DNA from: Isosphaeraceae bacterium
GTDB lineage: Bacteria; Planctomycetota; Planctomycetia; Isosphaerales; Isosphaeraceae
Length of the DNA: 64,000 nucleotides
Reading direction: 5' to 3'
Assembly (NCBI GenBank): GCA_965277595.1
Contig: CBDIDH010000002.1
Coordinates: forward strand, 2,893,737-2,957,736
Below are positions 37,331 to 45,255 of the stretch, piece by piece. The translations under genes were made by a program, and so were the position numbers. Positions within the stretch are counted from its first letter, which is position 1, and each line of letters starts with the position of its first letter. A model generated the notes under the pieces. That model saw only the letters and a list, made by a program, of their open reading frames with translations, was not told where the DNA came from and ran no database searches.

Positions 37331-37534
37331 TCACTGATGGTCATAAAAGCCGTGGTCGCACTTGCAATAGTTGCCCGATCCTCGAAACTTCGAACAATCG
37401 CACTTCCGGCACTGGCCGTAGCCGTAGGCCGTCGAATTCCGGGCCTCGACCGGCAGGACCGTGAAAAGGCTGCCGAGAAGGCTAAGAACGGCCACGGCCA
37501 CGAGCTGAATCGAACGACGCCTTGCATGGGTCAT
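37331..37534 (-). CDS. small exported Cys-rich peptide (67-aa precursor, ~36-aa mature)
   Basis: ATG at 37534, 9 nt after AAGGAG. Signal peptide MTHARRRSIQLVAVAVLSLLGSLFTVLPVEA. Predicted mature peptide RNSTAYGYGQCRKCDCSKFRGSGNYCKCDHGFYDHQ. Confidence 0.5.
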   Translation of the reverse strand: MTHARRRSIQLVAVAVLSLLGSLFTVLPVEARNSTAYGYGQCRKCDCSKFRGSGNYCKCDHGFYDHQ

Positions 37535-37694
37535 CCTGGCAAACTCCTTGGATTTGGGAAACAAGGTCAGGTGAGCGGTCGCCCGCGTCAGGCGGTCAAC
37601 CGGACGAAGCTTCGTTTTCAAACCAGCGGACTCGAAACGCATCAGGGATTCATTGATGACTTCACAAGAAGGAACCGATCCGACAAGCCGAGGC

Positions 37695-38261
37695 TCAATC
37701 GCCGACAACGCCAAGGCCCGCCGCGGCAAGACTGGAGTCTCCGCCCCAGTTATCGTTGGCGAGTTGATTTCGGGTCGTCAGCGTGCTCAGGCCAACTTCC
37801 GAGGAATAGGTGCTTGAGGCGGCCGTGGTTGGATTCACGACCGTCGTCGGCGTGGTTCGGCCACCGGCGTGAGCGGCCAGGTAAAGGACGTCGTAAAGCA
37901 TGTCGTACTGAAGCTGAGCCGTCCCCCCCTTGAAGTTGGCGATGGCGGAAAGCCCATCACGCTTGAGGAAGTTGTTCAGGTTCGAGATTGAGGTTAACTG
38001 GCCGATCACGTTGCCGGCCGTCGCGGTGCCGTGATGGACGGCGATCTGAACGTAGGCCGAGAGCAAGGGCTTCGCGAAGTAGGCCGCGATCGCCTGGTCG
38101 GCCGCGATCACCTGGCTGGCGGTTACCGTGGAGAGGACCTGTCTTGATTCCAGACCTTCGACCCCAGGCCGTGAACGGCGCGAGGTTGTTGCGCTGACCT
38201 GGGTGGTTGAGCTGGCGCGTTCGATCGTCGCGGAGCCGGCGAGGTTGTCATCGACGTTCAT
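37695..38261 (-). CDS. hypothetical protein (188 aa) with N-terminal RR...GLESRQVLS motif
   Basis: ATG at 38261 after AGGAG. Ala/Thr/Ser-rich; no family recognised. Confidence 0.5.
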   Translation of the reverse strand: MNVDDNLAGSATIERASSTTQVSATTSRRSRPGVEGLESRQVLSTVTASQVIAADQAIAAYFAKPLLSAYVQIAVHHGTATAGNVIGQLTSISNLNNFLKRDGLSAIANFKGGTAQLQYDMLYDVLYLAAHAGGRTTPTTVVNPTTAASSTYSSEVGLSTLTTRNQLANDNWGGDSSLAAAGLGVVGD

Positions 38262-38341
38262 CAAGGTCTCCTGGTTTTCGAGAAGCGAGGTCGTGGTTTG
38301 TCTCCGACCGACGGGGGTCAAACTCAAATCGTCGATCCTCA

Positions 38342-38365
38342 TACGGACGACTTGAAAACTGTTCC
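38342..38365 (-). promoter_or_regulatory. candidate ECF-type promoter (GGAAC-N15-CGTA) facing the 188-aa gene
   Basis: The minus strand reads GGAACagttttcaagtcgtcCGTA, about 75 nt upstream of the ATG at 38261. It lies in the gap shared with the divergent ECF sigma gene. Confidence 0.3.
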
Positions 38366-38446
38366 AGCAAATCACAAAAAAATTTTGTCGGCCCGGGCGC
38401 GCCGTCTCGCTAGACTCTTTTTGAACAATCGGAGGGGACTCGAACT

Positions 38447-39205
38447 GTGACGAGCGACGGACCCGAGGCGCGCATCAGCCAGATTTCAACCCTCTGGGCC
38501 GAGGTGCTTCGTGCCCATGAAGGGCCGCCCGATGAGGCTCGGGAAGCTCAGCGTCTTCTTTTGCAGCGATACGCGGCGCCGATCTACCGCTACCTGAGAG
38601 GAGCCTTGCGCGATCCCGATGCCGCCGACGAGGCATTTCAGGACTTCACCCTCCGATTCGTCCAGGGCGACTTCCGCCGTGCCAACCCCGAGCGCGGTCG
38701 CTTTCGCGCCTTCTTGAAAACCGTGCTCTATCATCTGGTGATCGACCACCAGCGACGGTCTCGGCGGCAGCCGTCGACGCTGACGATCGACCCGGCCGCT
38801 TCGCCCGAGATCACGCAGATCGAAGCGGACCTTCGATTCACGGCCGCCCTGCGCGAGGAACTGATGAGCCTGGCCTGGGAGGCTCTCGCCAACCTTGAGC
38901 GTCAAACCGGCGACCCGCTTCATACCATTTTGCGAGCCAGGACCGAATTTCCCGATCTTCGCTCTCATGAGCTGGCGAATTGGCTCGTCGGTCGGCTCGG
39001 TAAAAACGTCTCGCCGCAATGGTTCCGCAAGAGGCTCAGTGAAGCCCGAGCGAAGTATGCCGACCTCTTATTGTTGGAAGTAGCCCGATCACTGCCGGAG
39101 ACCGCCACCGTGGCCGATCTCGAAGACGAGTTGATCGACCTGAAACTGATCGAGTATTGCCGGGACGCCCTGTCAAGGTGGCGCAAGAACGCGCCCCTTT
39201 CGTGA
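38447..39205 (+). CDS. ECF-type RNA polymerase sigma factor
   Basis: Region 2-like LLQRYAAPIYRYLRGALRDPDAADEAFQDFTLRFV...FRAFLKTVLYHLVIDHQRR and a region 4-like helix-turn-helix (LRSHELANWLVGRLGKNVSPQWFRKRLSEARAKY). GTG start. Confidence 0.7.
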   Translation: MTSDGPEARISQISTLWAEVLRAHEGPPDEAREAQRLLLQRYAAPIYRYLRGALRDPDAADEAFQDFTLRFVQGDFRRANPERGRFRAFLKTVLYHLVIDHQRRSRRQPSTLTIDPAASPEITQIEADLRFTAALREELMSLAWEALANLERQTGDPLHTILRARTEFPDLRSHELANWLVGRLGKNVSPQWFRKRLSEARAKYADLLLLEVARSLPETATVADLEDELIDLKLIEYCRDALSRWRKNAPLS

Positions 39206-39243
39206 GCCCCTGGTGCTGACGATCCACCCGAACCGAGGGCGCG

Positions 39244-39353
39244 GGAGAATTGCGAAGTCCCGATCACCAATGGCCGATGACCGATAAATTCCGCCTCCTT
39301 GGCCATCGGCCATTGGTCTTTGGTCATAAAAAAGAGAGACTTCGCAATCCTCC
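39244..39353. repeat. intergenic hairpin element, GATGACCAATGGCC-type (copy C)
   Basis: Outer boxes GGAGAATTGCGAAGTC / GACTTCGCAATCCTCC are inverted repeats. The inner arms contain CATCGGCCATTGGT and its complement. Confidence 0.8.
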
Positions 39354-39456
39354 TGACCGAGGGTGTCGCGGCGTTGCGGCGCCGGGGCCGTCCCGGTAGC
39401 ATGGTCGCATTCGATAGTCGACGAGGGCCGAGCGGCCGAGTCCCTCTGGAGAGAGC

Positions 39457-40299
39457 GTGTCGGTCCGACCCGACATCGCGTCGGGCCTGACGGATGACGC
39501 GTTCATGGCACTGGCAACCACACGATCGACGCCCTTGCCCGTTGGCGACGCCGAGCCGCCACTGGATACGACGATTCAACTCGTCACGCCCGAGCGGATC
39601 GTCTTTCAATATCCGCTGGCCGGTCCGTTTCGAAGAGCCTTCGCGTTCCTGATCGACCTCGCGCTGCTCTCCGCGCTGGTCTTCGTGGCCTTCATGCTCG
39701 CGTGGATCTTGTCTCTGAGCGGCACGGTCTCGGGATTTGGTCCGGCCCTGGTGATCTATTTCGTGTTGACCTGGGGCTATGGTTCCGGCTGCGAGGCGTT
39801 CTTCAACGGGCAGACGCTCGGCAAGCGCGCGGTTTCGATCCGGGTCGTGACCGAAGAGGGAATTCCGATCACCGGCGCCCAGGCGGTCCTTCGCAATCTC
39901 GTGGGGACGGTGGATGGTTTCTGGGCCTTCTTCTTCATGCTCGGCCTGACGAGCATGCTGTTGACAAAGCGTTTTCAGCGGCTTGGCGACCTCGCCGCGG
40001 GGACGATGGTCGTCGTGGAAAAACGCCCGAAGCGTTCGGGCGTGGTCCGGGTTCAGGAACGCGCGATCGAGGCCCTCTTGCCCTGGCTCCCCTTGCGGAT
40101 CGCCGCGGGGCCGGAACTCTCTCGGGCTCTGTCCGATTACGTGAAACGCCGGGGCCTCTTCAGCCCGCCGCTCCGCGAGGAGATGGCCGCGCCTCTGGCT
40201 CGACCGCTTCGCGCCCGGTTCGGCCTCTCGGCCGAGGCCTCGACATCGTCTGACGCCGTGCTCTGTGCCGTCTATCACCGCATCTTCCTCGGGGAGTGA
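39457..40299 (+). CDS. RDD family membrane protein
   Basis: GTG after GGAGAG. FRRAFAFLIDLALL..., GQTLGKRAVSIRVV...LRNLVGTVD is the RDD domain pattern. Confidence 0.8.
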   Translation: MSVRPDIASGLTDDAFMALATTRSTPLPVGDAEPPLDTTIQLVTPERIVFQYPLAGPFRRAFAFLIDLALLSALVFVAFMLAWILSLSGTVSGFGPALVIYFVLTWGYGSGCEAFFNGQTLGKRAVSIRVVTEEGIPITGAQAVLRNLVGTVDGFWAFFFMLGLTSMLLTKRFQRLGDLAAGTMVVVEKRPKRSGVVRVQERAIEALLPWLPLRIAAGPELSRALSDYVKRRGLFSPPLREEMAAPLARPLRARFGLSAEASTSSDAVLCAVYHRIFLGE

Positions 40300-40306
40300 C
40301 CGGACG

Positions 40307-41308
40307 ATGAGGGTTGCGGATCGCCTGGAGAAACGCGAGACGACCTGGCGCGAGCTGGACATCCTTCTCGCCAAGCTCGCCTCGGAACCGCTGAAGCGCG
40401 CCAGTGCGTCGGAGGTCATCCGCCTTGGCGAGCTGTATCGATCGGCCTGCACCGACCTGATGCTGGCCGAGGCGCACGACATGCCCAGAGACACCGTGAA
40501 TTACCTTCACGGTCTCGTCGGCCGGGCACACAATGCGGTGTATCGCGGCAAGGGGTTCCGGTTTTCCGACTGGGGCGCCGTGCTTTTTGGAGAGGTCCCC
40601 CGACGCCTTCGATCGGACCCGGCCTTGCGGCTCGCGGCGCTGGTCTTTTACGGCGGCTTTCTCGTCTGCGCGCTTCTGGCCGCCGGTCGACCGGGCTTTG
40701 CCCAGAAGATCGCCGGGGAAGACTTCGTCGCGAACGTTGACACCATGTACGAACAGCCGATCGACACCGTTCGCAAGGATGGCGCCGACACGCTGATGGC
40801 CGGCTTTTACATCCAGCACAACGCCTCGATCGGCATCCGATGCTTCGCCTGGGGCCTCTTTTTCGGCCTGGGAAGCCTTTATGAGTTGATCTCGGAAGGG
40901 ATGGTCCTCGGCTCTCTTTTTGGACACATGGCCACAAGCCCGAACGCGCGCAACTTCTACACGTTCGTCACCGCTCACGGACCGTTTGAGCTGACGGCGA
41001 TCGTCTTTTCCGGTGCGGCCGGACTGCGACTCGGCTGGGGCCTGATCGACACGCAAGGAGAGTCCCGAATCGATTCGCTGCGCCGCGAAGCACGCCGATC
41101 GTTGCCGATCGTCGGCGCCGCGGTCGTCCTCTTCATCTTCGCCGCCTTTCTGGAAGGGTTTGTCTCGCCATCGAAGCTGCCGTACCCGTACAAGGCGGCC
41201 ATCGCCATCGCCAGCGCCTCGATGCTGGTCGTGTACATAACCATCGGCGGCCGGGCTTTAACCACGGCCGAAGCGGGCACACCGCCAAGCCCGGGACGAT
41301 CTTCTTGA
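40307..41308 (+). CDS. stage II sporulation protein M-like (DUF95) membrane protein
   Basis: ATG 8 nt after the RDD stop. N-terminal soluble helix region, then multiple TM helices with HGPFELTAIVFSGAAGLRLG, typical of SpoIIM/DUF95. Confidence 0.7.
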   Translation: MRVADRLEKRETTWRELDILLAKLASEPLKRASASEVIRLGELYRSACTDLMLAEAHDMPRDTVNYLHGLVGRAHNAVYRGKGFRFSDWGAVLFGEVPRRLRSDPALRLAALVFYGGFLVCALLAAGRPGFAQKIAGEDFVANVDTMYEQPIDTVRKDGADTLMAGFYIQHNASIGIRCFAWGLFFGLGSLYELISEGMVLGSLFGHMATSPNARNFYTFVTAHGPFELTAIVFSGAAGLRLGWGLIDTQGESRIDSLRREARRSLPIVGAAVVLFIFAAFLEGFVSPSKLPYPYKAAIAIASASMLVVYITIGGRALTTAEAGTPPSPGRSS

Positions 41309-41342
41309 CCCCCTTTTTTGCACGATCCGGGAGCGCACCTCG

Positions 41343-42125
41343 TTGGCCGACGACCAGACGTTGATCCAGATCCGCGAACGATCGTTTCTTGACGTGCTCG
41401 ACCTGGCCCTGGTCGTGATCCGGCGCCGGCCGCTGACGCTCGGCCTCGCCGCGGTCGCGGGCGTGGCTCCCTGCATCGCCCTGAATGCCCGGCTGACGTC
41501 GGTTCCCGAATTCAACTCGCTCTGGTATGTTTACCTGCTCGCCATCGAGGCCCCCTGGGCCACCGCTCCGCTCACGGTCGTCCTCGGCGCCTTGATGTTT
41601 GGCCAGAGGCCGACGCCCTGGGGCGTCTTCAAGACGCTGGTGAAAGGGCTACCGGCCTTGTTCCTGTATCAGTTTTTGCTTCGGATCGTGCTGATTGTGT
41701 TTCCGGTCCTTTACCCGATCGTCCCCACGCGGCTCGCCTTCCTCAACGAGGTGATCTTGCTGGAGCGTGGGCGAACTCTGGGTGTGATCCGGCGGACATC
41801 GACCCTCTGCGGCACTCGCGGGGGCGACCTGTTTGGTCAGTGGATCGCTCAGATCCTTTTCGGCCTTCTGTTCGTGACCTGTTTCTGGTTCGGCACCGGG
41901 TCGATGATCTCGGCACTCATGACGTCGGAAGTCACCTGGGATCGACCCGAACTCGCCGCGATTTACGGCCAACGGTTTCAGGTCGGCGTCTGGCTCTCGA
42001 TCACCTTCTTCGGCGTCGCCCGATTCTTGACCTACATCGATCATCGCATCCGGCTCGAAGGCTGGGAGGTCAGGCTCCGCCTCCGCGCCGTCGGTCGACA
42101 GCTTGAGGAGGCCGCGCGGTGGTAA
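41343..42125 (+). CDS. hypothetical integral membrane protein
   Basis: Six or so hydrophobic segments. Sits inside the MoxR-associated operon. TTG start. Confidence 0.55.
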   Translation: MADDQTLIQIRERSFLDVLDLALVVIRRRPLTLGLAAVAGVAPCIALNARLTSVPEFNSLWYVYLLAIEAPWATAPLTVVLGALMFGQRPTPWGVFKTLVKGLPALFLYQFLLRIVLIVFPVLYPIVPTRLAFLNEVILLERGRTLGVIRRTSTLCGTRGGDLFGQWIAQILFGLLFVTCFWFGTGSMISALMTSEVTWDRPELAAIYGQRFQVGVWLSITFFGVARFLTYIDHRIRLEGWEVRLRLRAVGRQLEEAARW

Positions 42126-42907
42126 CGCTCGTCTCGGCCTTCACGCTCTGGGCGGCTCTCGCCGCGACATCGACACCCATAACAACGCCACGGCCTGAGC
42201 CTGGCGCGGTCTCGGTTCCTCCCGTTCTCAAGAGCGAGTCGTTTCCCTGGTATGACGCCACGACGGGGCGAGTCAAGCCGATGCTCTCTTGGGAACTTCG
42301 GTTTGGCTGGCTCAACTCCACGCTGGACTGGATCGGGGAACGGCTCATGGCGATCGTCAACTGGTTCCGCTGGCTCAATCGCTGGCGCCTTCCCGGCGTC
42401 GCGGGGGCCGGAGACCTGCTCATGATCGGCCTGGCGATGCTCTTTCTGACGCTCGTTCTGGTCGTGCTTCTCGAATTCCTTCGCCGGTATCGACCGCTCG
42501 CCGGACAGGATGCGGCCCGACGCGCGTTGATTCAAACCGGCTCGGCGCAGCGAATCGAAGGTCTGCCCGCGGGTGTCCGCCTGGATGCGGGCGATCCCTG
42601 GATCGAGGCTCAGAAGCTTCGTGAACGGGGCGATTACGCGGGCGCCGTGGTGTATCTGTTCGCGCATCAGCTTGTCGCGCTTGATCGTCTCAAACAGCTT
42701 CGCCTGGTTCCCGGTCGGACCGGCCGACAGCTTGTCCGGGCCGTCGCCGATCGACAGCTTCGAATGCTCGTCGAGCCAACGCTCCGGCTCTTCGAAGCCT
42801 TTTACTACGGCCATCGCGTCCCCTCGGCCGAGGCGTTCGAGGCCGTCTGGTCGAACGCCCTACAGTTCCAGACGCGACTGACGACCGGATCGGAGGCCGG
42901 TCGATGA
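42119..42907 (+). CDS. DUF4129-like domain protein
   Basis: GTG overlapping the upstream stop. TM helix, then the C-terminal pattern GRTGRQLVRAV...LRLFEAFYYGHRVPSAEAFEAVW, as in DUF4129. Confidence 0.6.
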   Translation: MVTLVSAFTLWAALAATSTPITTPRPEPGAVSVPPVLKSESFPWYDATTGRVKPMLSWELRFGWLNSTLDWIGERLMAIVNWFRWLNRWRLPGVAGAGDLLMIGLAMLFLTLVLVVLLEFLRRYRPLAGQDAARRALIQTGSAQRIEGLPAGVRLDAGDPWIEAQKLRERGDYAGAVVYLFAHQLVALDRLKQLRLVPGRTGRQLVRAVADRQLRMLVEPTLRLFEAFYYGHRVPSAEAFEAVWSNALQFQTRLTTGSEAGR

Positions 42908-44067
42908 TCGGGCGTTTCGGATCGGCCGTTCTGTCTCTGACGCTCCTTGCCTGTCTCGGCTGCGGCATGCCGACGGTGGATACTACCTATGGTCGATCGT
43001 TCTCGTCGAGCATCAACGGCACCGGCGCCTTTCTCCGCCTCTTTCGCGAGGCCGGGCATGAGGTTCGACCCGCCTTCCGCCTGACCGACGAGTTGAGCGA
43101 TTGGGCCGACGTCATCGTCCGGTTCGCCTCGAAGCCGGGGCCGATCTCGAAGGACGAGGCCGACTGGTATGACTCCTGGTTCGAGAACGGGACCGACCGC
43201 CGCCTTATCTATATTCCGCGCGACTATGACGCCTCCTCGGAATACTGGACGCGAGCCCTCGCCGGACTTCCGAAAACCGCGACTCCTCGCCTCCGCGAGC
43301 GGATCGAAGAGGCCCGCGCCGACGCGGCCTTGTGGTCGAAAGAACTGCCGCCGCATGACTTTGACGTTGCCGACGCCAATCACTGGTTCAGCGTGGAAAC
43401 CGGCCAAAACGTCCAGGTTTGCAAGAAACTCTCGGGTGACTGGTCTTTAGGCATTGACCCCCAGAAGGCCGCCCTGACTCGCCGCGAGCCGATCAAGGCG
43501 AAGAACGGCGAGGTGCTTCTTGAAGGCGACGGTAAGGCGATGGTCGTCTCGCTTGATCGCGACGATGGCCGCATCCTCGTGATCGACGGCGGAACCTTTC
43601 TGCTTAACCTGCCGATGGTCGAGCCCGCGCGCTGGCCGCTGGCGAAGCGAAGTCTCGCCTGGGCCTGCGACGACCTTGAGCCTGACTTTGAGACGGTTCC
43701 GCCGAGACGTTCCCGACGTCGCGTCGCCTTCGTCGAGGGTGGCTTCGTTCTGGCAAAAGGGTCGGGTGCGCCGACGATCTTCGCGCTTCTGAACGTCGCG
43801 CCTCTGGGGCGAATCGCGGCGCAGTTGTTCGCGCTCGGCCTGGCCGCCTGCCTCGCCCGAGCGCCGCGTCTCGGTCGCCCCCGGTCTCCCGAGGTCTCCG
43901 ACGCCGATCGTCCCGTCGCGCATCCCGAGGCCCTCGGCGCTCTCCTCGCGCGGACCAAACAGGCCCGCGAGGCCCGATCGATCCTCGACGCCTATCAGCG
44001 CTGGCGTCAGGTCGGGCCGGCCAACCGGCGGGAACCACCGAAATCAACCGACCACACGCGACTCTGA
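42904..44067 (+). CDS. DUF4350-like domain protein
   Basis: ATGA overlap with the upstream gene. N-terminal lipoprotein-like signal (LLACLGCG). GTGAFLRLFREAGHEV...DVIVRF...LIYIPRD resembles DUF4350. C-terminal TM. Confidence 0.55.
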   Translation: MIGRFGSAVLSLTLLACLGCGMPTVDTTYGRSFSSSINGTGAFLRLFREAGHEVRPAFRLTDELSDWADVIVRFASKPGPISKDEADWYDSWFENGTDRRLIYIPRDYDASSEYWTRALAGLPKTATPRLRERIEEARADAALWSKELPPHDFDVADANHWFSVETGQNVQVCKKLSGDWSLGIDPQKAALTRREPIKAKNGEVLLEGDGKAMVVSLDRDDGRILVIDGGTFLLNLPMVEPARWPLAKRSLAWACDDLEPDFETVPPRRSRRRVAFVEGGFVLAKGSGAPTIFALLNVAPLGRIAAQLFALGLAACLARAPRLGRPRSPEVSDADRPVAHPEALGALLARTKQAREARSILDAYQRWRQVGPANRREPPKSTDHTRL

Positions 44068-44178
44068 CCCCCTTTTTTTTCCTGGTATGGAACGACTTCG
44101 AATCGTGATCATCCCTCGCGGCCATTCCGCCTCGCGAGATTTTCCAGAGAACCCAGACACACGCCGAGATCCCCCCGC

Positions 44179-45255
44179 ATGAATGACCCGGAACAGCCTG
44201 AACTCATCTTCTTGACGGAACCGGACGCCTCGACCGAGCCGACGCCGGAACCCTCGGTCGATCGGCCCGAAGATGCGAGCCCTCCGGCCGCTCCCCCGGC
44301 CACGAACCCCGTGGCCGACTGGGCGGCGCGTGTTCTCGGCGAGATCAACAAGGTTTACATCGGCCAGGATGCCCTGGTTCGCGGAGTCCTCGCGGCGCTC
44401 CTGGCCGACGGCCACGTCCTCATCGAGAGCGTGCCCGGCCTGGGCAAGACCCTGCTCGTCCGAGCCCTCGGCCGTGTCCTCGGCTGCGCATTTAACCGGA
44501 TTCAGTTCACGCCCGACCTGATGCCCTCGGACGTGACCGGCTCGCCCGTTTACGACGAACGCATCCACGACTTCCGGTTTCGCCCGGGACCGGTCTTCAC
44601 CCAACTTCTCCTCGCCGACGAGATCAACCGGGCGCCCGCGAAAACGCACTCGGCGCTCCTGGAAATCATGCAGGAGGTCCGCGTCACCGTCGACGGCGTC
44701 GGCCATCCCATCGACCGCCCCTTCCTCGTCATGGCGACCCAGAATCCGATCGAGTCCGAGGGAACCTATAACCTTCCCGAGGCGCAGCTTGACCGCTTCC
44801 TCTTCAAGCTCGTCGTTGACTATCCGACCGAGGCCGAGGAAACCGACATCCTCCGCCTTCACACACGCGGCCTCAGCCCCGATGGACTTCTGAACGACGC
44901 GGTGCGGACCGTCACCGATCCGGTCGAGGTGTTGGACATGCAGCGCCGTTGCGGCGAGGTGCTTGTTGACGACCACGTTCTCGGTTACATCGCCGGAATC
45001 GTTCGCAAGACCCGGCAATGGCCGACGTTTTCCCTGGGCGCCTCGCCACGCGCGGGCGTCGCCGTTCTCCGGGGCGCCCGAGCCCTCGCGGCGCTCGACG
45101 GTCGCGATTACGCCCTGCCCGATGACGTTCAGGAAGTCGCCTTGCCCGCCCTTCGCCATCGGGTCATCCTGACCCCCGAGGCCGAGGTCGAAGGCCGGAC
45201 CGCGGATGAGTTGCTCACCGAGTTGATCCGATCCGTGGAGGTTCCCCTCCGATGA
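44179..45255 (+). CDS. MoxR family AAA+ ATPase
   Basis: Walker A ESVPGLGKT, FNRIQFTPDLMPSDVTG, Walker B LLADEINRAPAKT, ATQNPIESEGTYNLPEAQLDRF. Confidence 0.93.
   Translation: MNDPEQPELIFLTEPDASTEPTPEPSVDRPEDASPPAAPPATNPVADWAARVLGEINKVYIGQDALVRGVLAALLADGHVLIESVPGLGKTLLVRALGRVLGCAFNRIQFTPDLMPSDVTGSPVYDERIHDFRFRPGPVFTQLLLADEINRAPAKTHSALLEIMQEVRVTVDGVGHPIDRPFLVMATQNPIESEGTYNLPEAQLDRFLFKLVVDYPTEAEETDILRLHTRGLSPDGLLNDAVRTVTDPVEVLDMQRRCGEVLVDDHVLGYIAGIVRKTRQWPTFSLGASPRAGVAVLRGARALAALDGRDYALPDDVQEVALPALRHRVILTPEAEVEGRTADELLTELIRSVEVPLR

Noticed and set aside
39299-39490. Short ORFs across hairpin elements (MAIGHWSLVIKK...; also 58472..58756 ...LAIGHRPLVIEE...)
   Set aside because: The similarity between them comes from the repeated DNA element, not from a protein family. 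There are no SD sequences and the arms are palindromic.
38965-40494. 509-aa minus-strand ORF
   Set aside because: It is Arg-rich with no motifs, antisense to the ECF sigma 3' end, hairpin element C and the RDD gene, all of which have clear family signatures.
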